A stretch of DNA of 64,000 nt from positions 1,152,001-1,216,000 of the forward strand of contig OY781092.1 of the NCBI GenBank assembly GCA_963676615.1. Direction: 5' to 3'. The DNA is from Candidatus Cloacimonadota bacterium. Its GTDB lineage: Bacteria; Cloacimonadota; Cloacimonadia; G963667145. The notes below the pieces were generated by a model. The model made no database searches, had not been told where the DNA came from, and worked only from the letters and a program-made list of their open reading frames with translations. The position numbers were made by a program, and so were the translations under genes. Below, in pieces: positions 38,442-52,518 of this stretch (position 1 is the first letter of the stretch; each line of letters begins with the position of its first letter).

Positions 38442-40361
38442 CTACGGCATCGCAGTTTGCCCGTAACGCTCTTCGGCTGCTTTGAGGATCATCTCCAGCA
38501 TCTGTTTATAGCTAATCCCTGCGAACTTGCTCATTTTGGCAAGGTGACCATCCCAGCACCAACCTGGGTTTGGGTTCGCTTCCAAAAGTTTTGGCTGACC
38601 ATCGGCGTTCAGCCGCCAATCAAAGCGGCAATAATCGCGGCACCCCAAGCGCCGAAAAAGCTTTAAACTATCCCGAATAAGCTGCTGCTCGGTCTCCAAA
38701 TCCAAACACGCCCTAATCGAGCGCAAACTTTTCATATACGGCGAATCTTCCAGCCATTTCGCCTCATAGCCGCAAATTCTCGGCAGCCCCTTGGGCAAAA
38801 GCGAATAATCCTCCTCAATTATCGGCAAAACCGTATTGTTATCCGCATTTCCGATAATCCCCACAGTCACCTCCGCTCCCGTCAAAAACTCCTCGACCAA
38901 AATCGGATTTTCGTAATTAAACTGCTCTTTAATCCGCAAAATCGCGTTCACCAACTCCTCAACATTGTTCGCCACATTTTTTTGGGTAATGCCGTAGCTC
39001 GAATCGCCAAAATTCGGCTTGGCAATCACAGGAAACGAAATATTCAGCTCATACAAATTGTCCTGAGCGGTGATCATAAAAGCGTCAGCCACTGGCACAT
39101 CTATCTCGCTGGCGATGCCACGAATCAGCGATTTATCATAACAATACGCAAGCGTCTGCGGATTTGAGCCAGTGTAGGCAAGCCCCAGCATCTCCAAAAG
39201 CGATGGAATATGCAGCTCCTTTTTGGCGTCGTTTCCAAACCCCTCATCGCAAAGATTCAGCACCAAATCGACATTCCCCTTCATCCGCGCGCAATCGGCA
39301 ATGAGCGAACTGTGATTATTAAAATAGATGAAATTGTATCCCGCAATCTCGCCGAGCGCTTTTTTCAGCTGCTCTATCGTGTAAAAATCGTCCGTATCAA
39401 ACCTAGCGTCTGGTTTGACCACATCACAAAGATTCGGATCGCCCAAAATCACCATCACATTTTTGGTATCCTGAACGGCGCTCTTCGGCGTCCACTGCTT
39501 ATCGGCGGTCGCTATCAACACAATTCTGTTGGACATCATCCCCAAATCTTGATTACTGCCTTGCTCCAGCTCCAAATTATCGTAAAAAATGCTCTGCGAA
39601 AAACCGACTTCGCTCATCAAATCCAAAAGCGATTGCTTATCATAAAGCCGCTCAGCATAGAACTGATCGACCACCACGCCTTTCTGCGTGTGCGTCACCA
39701 CCTCTCTAGAAATAAGGCGCATCTTATCCGCCGCTAGCGATCTCTCTCGGCAAACAAAATATTTTTTATCGATCCATTCCCAACTGCGCGGCGCAAAATT
39801 TTCCCGCAAAAATCGCCCATCGGCAACATCCATCAGCAGCTTTCCGCCTGGCTTCAGAACCCGAAAAATCTCCTTGAGCACCTTGATATCGTCCTCGCTG
39901 GTCTCGAAATAACCAAAACTATTGCCCAAAATCGTCACCACATCGAAACTATCGGCGACATACGGCAACTTGCGGGCGTCGCCCTCTCGAAAATCGATAG
40001 CCAGCTTTTTCCTCTTGCAAATCGTCTTCGCCCGCTGAATCAAATATCGGGAGCGATCCAAACCCGACAAGCGATAAGCAGCCTCGCTCTTGCCCAGCTC
40101 CATCAGGTGCCGACCTTGCCCACAAGCCAAATCCAAAATCGCGTCGCCAGACTTTAGCCCCAAAATTTTCGTAAACAACGCCATCTCACGCTCAGTAATC
40201 TGCTGATTATCCAGCACATCGGCATCAGTTTTTAGGTAAATAGAATTAAAAAGCCGCTTCCACCAATCAGAACGCAAATACTGCTCCAAATCGTCAACTG
40301 GCCCCACGGTCTTGCCAACACCAAAAAGCTTCTTATTTTTTTCCTGTTTTCTCTTCTTCAT
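38442..40361 (-). CDS. Fusion: class I SAM methyltransferase + D-Ala-D-Ala ligase-like ATP-grasp
   Basis: N-terminal LDLACGQGRH/GDAR/NSFGY; C-terminal YTGS, DK, KPNFGDSSYGI, RFDWR, EANPNP. Confidence 0.9.
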   Translation of the reverse strand: MKKRKQEKNKKLFGVGKTVGPVDDLEQYLRSDWWKRLFNSIYLKTDADVLDNQQITEREMALFTKILGLKSGDAILDLACGQGRHLMELGKSEAAYRLSGLDRSRYLIQRAKTICKRKKLAIDFREGDARKLPYVADSFDVVTILGNSFGYFETSEDDIKVLKEIFRVLKPGGKLLMDVADGRFLRENFAPRSWEWIDKKYFVCRERSLAADKMRLISREVVTHTQKGVVVDQFYAERLYDKQSLLDLMSEVGFSQSIFYDNLELEQGSNQDLGMMSNRIVLIATADKQWTPKSAVQDTKNVMVILGDPNLCDVVKPDARFDTDDFYTIEQLKKALGEIAGYNFIYFNNHSSLIADCARMKGNVDLVLNLCDEGFGNDAKKELHIPSLLEMLGLAYTGSNPQTLAYCYDKSLIRGIASEIDVPVADAFMITAQDNLYELNISFPVIAKPNFGDSSYGITQKNVANNVEELVNAILRIKEQFNYENPILVEEFLTGAEVTVGIIGNADNNTVLPIIEEDYSLLPKGLPRICGYEAKWLEDSPYMKSLRSIRACLDLETEQQLIRDSLKLFRRLGCRDYCRFDWRLNADGQPKLLEANPNPGWCWDGHLAKMSKFAGISYKQMLEMILKAAEERYGQTAMP

Positions 40362-40614
40362 TTTCTTCAATCCTCGATAATTATTAGATTTCATCACTCT
40401 TGAAAAAATTAAGAAAGCCCCAAAAGCAGTGCAAATTTTTCCGCAATGATAAATTCAGAAAACGATGAATTGTAGGAACTGAAGTTTAGTTGTCAACTCT
40501 AAAAGAAACAAATTTAAAACGGGAAAAAAAGATTTTCTCCCGTCATACAAAAAAAGCGACTAACGCCGCTAAAACCTTGCAAATCAAGAAATTGCAAGAA
40601 AAAATCATCGCCAG

Positions 40615-41670
40615 CTACTCCCGCACGAAATCCAAAACCGTAATCTCGTTGCGAGTCCCCAGCCGCATCGGCGGACCCCAAGTGCCCGTGCCTTGCGAGA
40701 CATAAACCTTCGTCTTGCCCGCAGAATACAGCCCCTTGACATACTTATACACCAGCCGCACCAGCAATCCAAACGGAAAAATCTGCCCAGCGTGCGTATG
40801 CCCCGACAAAACCAAATCGAACCCTTTTCGCTGCAAATCGTCGACAAATTTCGGCTCATGCAACAAAAAAATATTGTACTTCGAGCTATCCAAATTCATT
40901 TTCGCAAAAAACGGCGACGCCACAAAACCCGCAGCAGAGCTATAATCTGCGCCACTTATCGCAATCTCCCCGAGCGAAAAACTCCGCGCTGGCTCGACAA
41001 GCTGAATTTTGCTCGCCTCAAGCATCTTGCGAATTTCGCTTCCCCCATTCACATAAAACTCGTGATTTCCCAGCACCAAAAACACTGGCATCGGTAAATT
41101 CTCGAACGGCAAAAGCAAATCTTTGGGAACTTTATTCTCCAAAAAATCGCCAGAAATCAAAACGAAATCGGGATTTTGCGCAACGATTTTGTTCGCCAAT
41201 TTTTGCGAATAACTTTTAGAATAAAACCTGCCGATGTGTGTGTCCGCCAGCAAAACCGCTCGATAATCTCGACTAATTTTGCTCGTCTTCAGCTCGACAT
41301 TCTGCACTTTCAGCAAAAAAATTCCGTTCACAAGGGCGTAGCAGACCAAAACCAAAATCAAACCAAACGACGAAAAAGCGATTACTCTTTGCGAAAACGG
41401 CAAAAATTTGTGCAAAATCTGCTCCAGCAACAAAACGCAAAACGCAATAAAAGAGGCGCCAACCCAAATTGCCGCGAAGTAATGGCAAAATCGGCACGAG
41501 TGGCTGTGCCAAATCACGAAAACGAACGAAAAAATTCCCAGCAAAATTCCGATCAACTTAAACTTTACGCCAAAATTGAGCGAAAAAAGCGTGTTAACTC
41601 TGCAAAAAATGTAGTAGTTAAACGCCAAATACGACAACGGAATGAGTAAAAAAGGGACGAATTTTAACAT
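40615..41670 (-). CDS. Membrane-anchored metallophosphoesterase (YkuE-like)
   Basis: ADTH, GD, GNHE, HEP, GHTH; N-terminal TM helices. Confidence 0.92.
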   Translation of the reverse strand: MLKFVPFLLIPLSYLAFNYYIFCRVNTLFSLNFGVKFKLIGILLGIFSFVFVIWHSHSCRFCHYFAAIWVGASFIAFCVLLLEQILHKFLPFSQRVIAFSSFGLILVLVCYALVNGIFLLKVQNVELKTSKISRDYRAVLLADTHIGRFYSKSYSQKLANKIVAQNPDFVLISGDFLENKVPKDLLLPFENLPMPVFLVLGNHEFYVNGGSEIRKMLEASKIQLVEPARSFSLGEIAISGADYSSAAGFVASPFFAKMNLDSSKYNIFLLHEPKFVDDLQRKGFDLVLSGHTHAGQIFPFGLLVRLVYKYVKGLYSAGKTKVYVSQGTGTWGPPMRLGTRNEITVLDFVRE

Positions 41671-41781
41671 TGGGGGCTACATTTATAATAATAATAATAA
41701 AATCAAGAATAAATTTGAAAAACAAAATATTTTTTATAACACAAATAAATCAATCTAAACAATTATCATTTTCTTCTGTAT

Positions 41782-42114
41782 TTAGTGTAAACATACTGAA
41801 TTAGCCACTAAATTTTTATTAATCCCTATTTCTACTTTAAGTTCAATTTTTTTCCTATGTAAATACGATAACTCTACTAATTTAAGACACTCTTTTTTTA
41901 TAACTATAGTTTTGGTCTGAATAAAAATTTTCATTTCTTTTATTTCTTCTTTTTTTTCTATTTTTTCTATTTCTTCTTTCTCACTCCAATAGCAATTGTA
42001 TAAAGGCCTGTCCTTTTTTTTTAGAAAATATCCCTCATCTCCCTTGACTTCCACCTCAAAACCATTTCCAGTTGCAATAATTTTTTCTACACAACAAAGT
42101 ATTTTATATTTCAT
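41782..42114 (-). CDS. Hypothetical protein, AT-rich, downstream of the FRG gene
   Basis: GGAGG RBS, 12 nt after the FRG stop; no family recognised. Confidence 0.7.
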   Translation of the reverse strand: MKYKILCCVEKIIATGNGFEVEVKGDEGYFLKKKDRPLYNCYWSEKEEIEKIEKKEEIKEMKIFIQTKTIVIKKECLKLVELSYLHRKKIELKVEIGINKNLVANSVCLH

Positions 42115-42126
42115 CTCAATTCCTCC

Positions 42127-42996
42127 TTATAAATTCCAAAATCTTCCCAAATAATCACTAACACCTACCCAATCAGGGAAAACAGTATCTACTGTTTTCC
42201 CAATTATAAACAGTTCTTCTTTTATTCGATGTTTTGCTTTTGAAGGCACAATTAACCTCTCACGATCAATATTAGTGCTGTCAAGTTTAGCTAAAGATTC
42301 TCTAGTCCCATCAATACCAAACAATAAAAACGCTCCTTGTTGCATTTTGACCCTTGGATTATCAAGTAAAGGATGAACACAAAATACAGACTCTAAAGTT
42401 TTTTTATCAATAAAAGATGAAAAATAAGACTTTTCAGCTTTAATTTCATGCAACAAATATTGTATTGATGTTTGTTTGTTAAAGCCTTTTCTTCCATTTT
42501 CATAATCTGGACTAAAATTTCTTATATCAAGATTGTCATGGCTGTACACAGCTATGTTTGAAACACAACTTACAGCATCGGAACAATGACTTTTAATTAC
42601 ATTCTTAGGAACAGAATAAATTAAAACCGATGCATCTACATCACTAGTATCCTCTCCGCTAAGAGGATCGTCATAAACACTAAAAAATAAAGCTATAAGA
42701 GGATCAAGCGAAACATCAAGTAATCTAGTTGGAATTCGATAATGTTGCATATTAACAAGACGTTCAAATGTAGTTTTACAATTCTTAAATTCATCTGGCA
42801 AACGTCTTTCACATTCTCGAAAAATATTATGTTCTTTCAAAAGCCTATTGTTACGACCTATGCTTGGCGTTCCTGCACTATCTCCATAATCTTTCGACTC
42901 TCCACGAAAATATAATTTCCTACCTTTCTTATCATTGCAACTCTTCTTTTCATAAAGATGTTCAACTAAATCAGCAATACAATTAATATAATACAC
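42127..42996 (-). CDS. FRG domain-containing protein
   Basis: YFRGE, QHYRIPTRLLD, ALFF, NPRVKMQQGAFLLFG. Confidence 0.92.
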   Translation of the reverse strand: MYYINCIADLVEHLYEKKSCNDKKGRKLYFRGESKDYGDSAGTPSIGRNNRLLKEHNIFRECERRLPDEFKNCKTTFERLVNMQHYRIPTRLLDVSLDPLIALFFSVYDDPLSGEDTSDVDASVLIYSVPKNVIKSHCSDAVSCVSNIAVYSHDNLDIRNFSPDYENGRKGFNKQTSIQYLLHEIKAEKSYFSSFIDKKTLESVFCVHPLLDNPRVKMQQGAFLLFGIDGTRESLAKLDSTNIDRERLIVPSKAKHRIKEELFIIGKTVDTVFPDWVGVSDYLGRFWNL

Positions 42997-43163
42997 TCAC
43001 ATTCCTTTACTTTTATTTAAACGATTCTTAGAGCTACTTAACCTTCACTAAAAAAACACTCCACAACAAAGCAAATTTCTTTTCTTATCTTTGTCAATCA
43101 AAACTTTTCCCCTACAAAAAAACCGATGCAAAATGCAAACACACTAATATAGACGGTGCCTAA

Positions 43164-43394
43164 TAACTCTTAACTTAATAAAGTTTTTCTATCTCCAAAT
43201 TCGCAGTAATTTATCTTATAAAATGGTTTTATGCACAAAAAGTGATCTAATTTCAACTATCTCAAACAAAGCTGTGTAGTGTACACTTGGAATGGAGTAA
43301 CTAACAACTATTAACTCTTAACTTAATAAAGATTTTTTTAGCCCAACTTCGCGGTAATTTACCCCGAAGCTGTGTGATGCACACTGCGAGTGGG
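43164..43394. repeat. Degenerate tandem duplication downstream of 5S
   Basis: TAACTCTTAACTTAATAAAG at 43164 and 43312, each followed by TTCGC(A/G)GTAATTTA and AAGCTGTGT..ACACT. Confidence 0.75.
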
Positions 43395-43466
43395 AAAATT
43401 ATGAAAAATTTGGGCATCTCTAATCTATTGCTTTAAAAACTTTTTGAACATAAAAAAACTCTCTGT

Positions 43467-43583
43467 TATGGCGGCGTCCTACTCTCCCACACAGTTGCCC
43501 GTGCAGTACCATCGGCGCAGACAAGCTTAACTGCTGTGTTCGGAATGGGAACAGGTGTTGCCTTGTCGCTATAGCCACCATAA
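43467..43583 (-). rRNA. rrf: 5S rRNA
   Basis: Reverse complement of conserved 5S motifs (CCCATTCCGAACAC, GATGGTACTG, GGGAGAGTAGG); ends approximate. Confidence 0.97.
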
Positions 43584-43795
43584 CAAAGAGCTTTAGGTTT
43601 TGTTAAACTGCTAAAGTTTTAAGCTTCATTTTAGCACTTCTTTTTTTGAAAACTTCACCCTCTTGCAGTGTCATAAACACAGCTTCGGGGTTCGTTTCCC
43701 AAAAAAATAAGCACTTTAACAAAATCTAACTTTAGCTAATTCAACAAATTAACAAAATTGTTATGATAAAAGTTGGTGAGATATTAAAAAGAAAA

Positions 43796-46762
<2,967 letters not shown>

Positions 46763-46858
46763 TTTGATTCTCTTTAATAATCTCACCACTTCTATAAAAT
46801 TTCTATTCAAAAGATCTAAAATTTTTCGCCGTTAAATCGGCATTTTTTCTAAAATAAA

Positions 46859-46934
46859 TGGTGGAGGATAACGGATTCGAACCGTTGACATCCTGCTTGC
46901 AAAGCAGACGCTCTACCAGCTGAGCTAATCCCCC
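46859..46934 (-). tRNA. tRNA-Ala (TGC)
   Basis: Cloverleaf GGGGGAT..TGC..GGTTCGAATCC..CCA. Confidence 0.97.
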
Positions 46935-47189
46935 AGGTAAATTGCAAAGCAATTTGCAATTAATAATTTATAATTGATAGTTGATAATTAAGGAGCTAAC
47001 GCTCGTTTTTTTTGTATTTACATTCAGCTTCTTACAAGTTTTAACTATTTTTTGGGCAAACAAAAAAGCTTTTTCATAAACAATATTTTTTCTCATCTTT
47101 CCAAGCTCCAAGTGATTGCATTCACAATTATCAATTGTTAACTATCACTTATCAATTCATTTTTTAATATCAATTCTGATATTAAAAAA

Positions 47190-47266
<77 letters not shown>

Positions 47267-47325
47267 ATTAGAATAAAAATAGGTAGAGTAAACTTCCACA
47301 ACCAATCGATTGTTTTTTTCCTTTA

Positions 47326-48893
<1,568 letters not shown>

Positions 48894-49233
48894 ATAAATT
48901 TGTTTGATTGACTGTTTTGGTTTACTCTACACTTCTATAAAATTTTCTTTCAAGTATCTGTTTCAATTGTAAAAGCACTTTTCTGATTGAGGCGTTTTGT
49001 GTCAACATCAAATTTTCAAAATTTTTTGGGACAAAAAAAACACCTACCTTCAATCTGTGATTTCCTATCTAAGCAATTGAAGGTTAGGATTAAGCCTCAA
49101 ACTTTTAGCCGCTTCTCAATTGTGAATCGTTTGTATTTTCTTGCGTTTGTGCGTCAATGGAAAAGTTAGAGTTTCTACATTTCAATAGACAAAAAGCGCC
49201 TCTAAATATTTTATAAGCTAGAGCGATAGCAAT

Positions 49234-50451
49234 TCAATACAAAAACCCAAACAGAAACAACGGCACGACATTATCGAAGCCAATTTCGATGTCGTCTCGC
49301 AGGACATAAGCGTTTTCGAGCTGTTTAATTTGCTTGCGAGATTTGCTGCGTCCGCCGATTTCTACCTCAACTGCGCCGCCAGTTGTTTGCATTGTGTAGT
49401 CGACAAATTTCGAAGCTGAGAGCTGGTCGCCCAGTTGGCTGACGAAAAACGATTCCCGAATATTACCCAAATCGGAGGTGTGCTTCCAAAGTTCGCTGCT
49501 GACCGTGTAATACAAATTGGGGTTTGAGAGCAGCACCTTGGCGCGTTGCAGCGAGCGGACACTCGACTTCTGCCGCCGAACGATGTTAATCATCTCCGCT
49601 CTGTCCATCAAATCCAGATATTCGTAAAGCGTCTCCTTGTTGATATCCAATTCGTTGCACATACTCGCCACGACGACCGTCGGAATGGTGGACATCGCCA
49701 AATACGCCAGCAGTTTTTTGAACTGATAGCTGGACGAGCTTTTGATGTTTTTCAGCGTCGGAATGTCCTCGTAAATCACTTTATCCAGAACATTATACAG
49801 CGCCTGTTGATACTCCAAATCGGAATATTCCACAAAAAACGGATAAAACCCGAACCGTTTATACTCCCAAAAATATTTTTTCAACTCGGGAATTTTTTGC
49901 GAAATCTGCGAGCTAATGCTGATGTGATTGCTCAAAATTTCCTCGAGAGAATACGCCTGCAACTTCTTTCCATACTTCAATTCCAAAAACTCACGAAACG
50001 ACAACCCTTTCAAATTGTAAACGACCGCTCTTCGCGAAAGGTCGCCTTTTTGGTTGAGGATATTCAACTTGGAGCTTCCCAAAATTACGATTTTTTTGTC
50101 GGGAAACGCATCGTAGAGCGCCTTGACATCCAGCGACCAATTTTCCTGCTTGTGCACCTCGTCGATGATGACCGCATCGCCATATAGCGCAAAATACTCC
50201 TTGGCAATCGCGTAGATTCCGAACTTTGCCACCAGCGGATTGTCCACGGAAAAATAAAGGCACTTATCGATCGAGCCGTATCGCTCAAGATAATGCTGCA
50301 GCACAAAAGTCGTCTTGCCCGTGCCTCTGGCGCCAATCAGCACTATCAGCCGCTTATCCCAGTTAACTTTTAGATACCGCCGAAACTCGCTCGGCGCAAA
50401 ACTCGCCAGCTTGTTTTGTATCTGAAACAGCCCGTTCAATGTCTTTTTCAT
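49234..50451 (-). CDS. AAA_14/DUF4143-type ATPase
   Basis: GARGTGKT, IIDEVH, GSS, C-terminal RESF..VDY..EIG nuclease-like motif. Confidence 0.88.
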   Translation of the reverse strand: MKKTLNGLFQIQNKLASFAPSEFRRYLKVNWDKRLIVLIGARGTGKTTFVLQHYLERYGSIDKCLYFSVDNPLVAKFGIYAIAKEYFALYGDAVIIDEVHKQENWSLDVKALYDAFPDKKIVILGSSKLNILNQKGDLSRRAVVYNLKGLSFREFLELKYGKKLQAYSLEEILSNHISISSQISQKIPELKKYFWEYKRFGFYPFFVEYSDLEYQQALYNVLDKVIYEDIPTLKNIKSSSSYQFKKLLAYLAMSTIPTVVVASMCNELDINKETLYEYLDLMDRAEMINIVRRQKSSVRSLQRAKVLLSNPNLYYTVSSELWKHTSDLGNIRESFFVSQLGDQLSASKFVDYTMQTTGGAVEVEIGGRSKSRKQIKQLENAYVLRDDIEIGFDNVVPLFLFGFLY

Positions 50452-50539
50452 TTTTCAACCTCTACAACAAACTAAAAGTGACCATTACACTTGTCAAGTT
50501 TTATTTAAAAGTGAACTCCCTAGCTGTCACTTTTTTCGC

Positions 50540-50578
50540 AAAAAAAGCACCTCCACCTTTCATGATGGAAGTGCTTTT
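50540..50578 (-). terminator. Intrinsic terminator after the nitroreductase
   Basis: AAAAGCAC/GTGCTTTT stem with an A tract on +. Confidence 0.7.
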
Positions 50579-50602
50579 GTGATTTACTTTGTTGCCGACG
50601 GA

Positions 50603-51397
50603 TTATTTTTGCACCGCTCTAGCATACTTCGTGGCTGGCTTGCCAAGCAGCATCAGATAGCCAATCTCATGATCGTCGGGAATGCCCATACGCTTCCGCA
50701 ATTTTGGCGAGCTATCCACAACAAACTTGACCATCCCGTTCCACAAAGTCCCAAAACCGCTACTCACAGCCAACAACTCGAAGCTGGTGAGCGCAATGAC
50801 GCTGTCCACGATTGGCGTCGCACAACTTTTGGCAGCGGTGGCAATTACCAAGTGTGGCGCTCCCCGAAACATTATGTCGATGCCGCTACTCTCCCACATT
50901 TTTTGGAATTGCAACAAAAGCCCCAAAAACTCCGACGACTGACCAGACTCGCCCATTTTCGCCACCTCCTGATAGGTCAATTCCACAATCTCCGCCATAT
51001 CTTTTGGATCGTCAATCACCACAAAATTCACCGCCTGCGCGTTGTGCCCCGTTGGCGAATGCAAAGCTGTGTTCACCATCTGGCTGATGACCTCTTTGTC
51101 CAGCGCCTCTTTTTTGTATTTCCGCACCGAACGACGCAGCTTAATCAAATTGCTCATCTGCTCTCCAGAAGGCAACTCTGCGCTAGCCGGCACGCTCTTG
51201 GCAGGGTCAACATCCAAAATCGACAACGCTCCCGTCGGACAAACCGCCAAACAGTGCTGACACTTGATGCAGCCGTCCTCTTTGCCCTGAATAAGCGCCG
51301 GAAACTCGCCCTCGCCGCTGAGCACCATCATCGGACACTCCTGAACGCAAAGCCCACACTTCACGCACTTTTCTTGGTTAATCTTAAAATTCAACAT
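50603..51397 (-). CDS. Nitroreductase with N-terminal 2x[4Fe-4S] ferredoxin domain
   Basis: Two CxxCxxCxxxCP motifs, RRSVRKY, SPTGHN. Confidence 0.93.
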   Translation of the reverse strand: MLNFKINQEKCVKCGLCVQECPMMVLSGEGEFPALIQGKEDGCIKCQHCLAVCPTGALSILDVDPAKSVPASAELPSGEQMSNLIKLRRSVRKYKKEALDKEVISQMVNTALHSPTGHNAQAVNFVVIDDPKDMAEIVELTYQEVAKMGESGQSSEFLGLLLQFQKMWESSGIDIMFRGAPHLVIATAAKSCATPIVDSVIALTSFELLAVSSGFGTLWNGMVKFVVDSSPKLRKRMGIPDDHEIGYLMLLGKPATKYARAVQK

Positions 51398-51427
51398 ATC
51401 CTTTTCCTCCTTGTTAATGTTGTTTCT

Positions 51428-51994
51428 CTACTTTTTCTTCAAATCTAGCGTCATTCCGTCGTGCCAAGCGTTGCCAATCTGCTCTCCGATCGCCCAATAC
51501 TTGTTGTCTGGCATCGTAAAAAGCGACACGCCCATCTTGACGAAATCCAACTTTCCGTCTGTGAAATAGCGATCCTCGCTCCAAGCTCCAACAATTTCAG
51601 CGATGTAAAAATTGTTCGACGGCAATTCGACCACCTGCACAATTTTGCACTCCAAATTCAACGGCGCATCTTTTATCAAAGGAGCGTTTTTCAACTCGCC
51701 ATAAAAAGTTTCGAAAATCTGCGATTTGTCCACTTTCTCTCCCGAAAAAATACCCACATAATCAGATTTTTGCACCTGCTCTGGCGACGGAAAAGCCAAG
51801 CTAAACTCCCTATTTTCCAACAAACCTTTGGTCGTGTAATGCGGCTTGCCAATGCCAATGCCCAGCATCGGTGGATTTGCGTTCACCCTCGAAACAAACC
51901 CCACAGTCATAAAATTTTCCTTGCCGTTCACCTTCGTCCCCACAATCGTGTGGGGCATCGGAATAAAAACATTGTTGTTCTCCAACTTTTTCAT
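51428..51994 (-). CDS. Flavin reductase-like protein (flavoredoxin)
   Basis: NFMTVG..PP..H.T..EF..D..G..SG..DK, LECK. Confidence 0.9.
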   Translation of the reverse strand: MKKLENNNVFIPMPHTIVGTKVNGKENFMTVGFVSRVNANPPMLGIGIGKPHYTTKGLLENREFSLAFPSPEQVQKSDYVGIFSGEKVDKSQIFETFYGELKNAPLIKDAPLNLECKIVQVVELPSNNFYIAEIVGAWSEDRYFTDGKLDFVKMGVSLFTMPDNKYWAIGEQIGNAWHDGMTLDLKKK

Positions 51995-52010
51995 AGCCTC
52001 TCCTTTTTCT

Positions 52011-52029
52011 ATATTGCTTGCACATACAA
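52011..52029. promoter_or_regulatory. Putative MarR operator 2 (before flavoredoxin)
   Basis: ATATTGCTTGCACATACAA, exact reverse complement of 52500-52518. Confidence 0.75.
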
Positions 52030-52047
52030 GCGTTTACTCAAAAAAAA

Positions 52048-52479
52048 TTACCCTTTTAGACCTTTGTTAACAAACGAAATTTCCTCTGTGAGCCGCTTCA
52101 CTCTCTCTTCGCCTATCAAATCGCAAAACCGCTGATAAACATTCGCCCAAGCCTTGTGCACCAAGCCGTTCAGCTTTTTGCCCTCGTCCGTCGCAAACAA
52201 ACACGACGCTTTGCCCTCGACCTTTCTATAAATCAAGCCGCGATCAACCAACTTGTCCACAAACCGCGTCACCGTTGACGGCGCCAGCGCCATAATTTTT
52301 GCCGCATCTGCTTGGCACAACCCTTCGTTTTCGCTAATCAACATCAACAAAACCGCATACGACGGCGACAATTTGGTTATCATAAACTCTTCGTCAGCAA
52401 TCTTCGCCATCTTCCTCACCAACTCGCTAGCGGCAAAAAATAAGCAACCACTCAAATAATTGTCGTAATCTTGAAGCAA
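52048..52479 (-). CDS. MarR family regulator
   Basis: CLFF..LAPSTVTRFVDKL..GLI.R; GGAGAGG RBS before TTG 52479. Confidence 0.92.
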   Translation of the reverse strand: MLQDYDNYLSGCLFFAASELVRKMAKIADEEFMITKLSPSYAVLLMLISENEGLCQADAAKIMALAPSTVTRFVDKLVDRGLIYRKVEGKASCLFATDEGKKLNGLVHKAWANVYQRFCDLIGEERVKRLTEEISFVNKGLKG

Positions 52480-52499
52480 AACCTCTCCTATGTTTTCAG

Positions 52500-52518
52500 T
52501 TGTATGTGCAAGCAATAT
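52500..52518. promoter_or_regulatory. Putative MarR operator 1 (marR promoter)
   Basis: TTGTATGTGCAAGCAATAT overlaps the -10 region of TTGACA at 52532-52537. Confidence 0.75.

Noticed and set aside
41685..41700. (TAA)5 microsatellite upstream of the metallophosphoesterase
   Set aside because: Short run in AT-rich intergenic DNA with no evidence of phase variation.
43164..43394. Possible CRISPR array or integron attC array
   Set aside because: Only two or three degenerate copies with irregular spacing; no cas or integrase gene and no convincing attC box structure.
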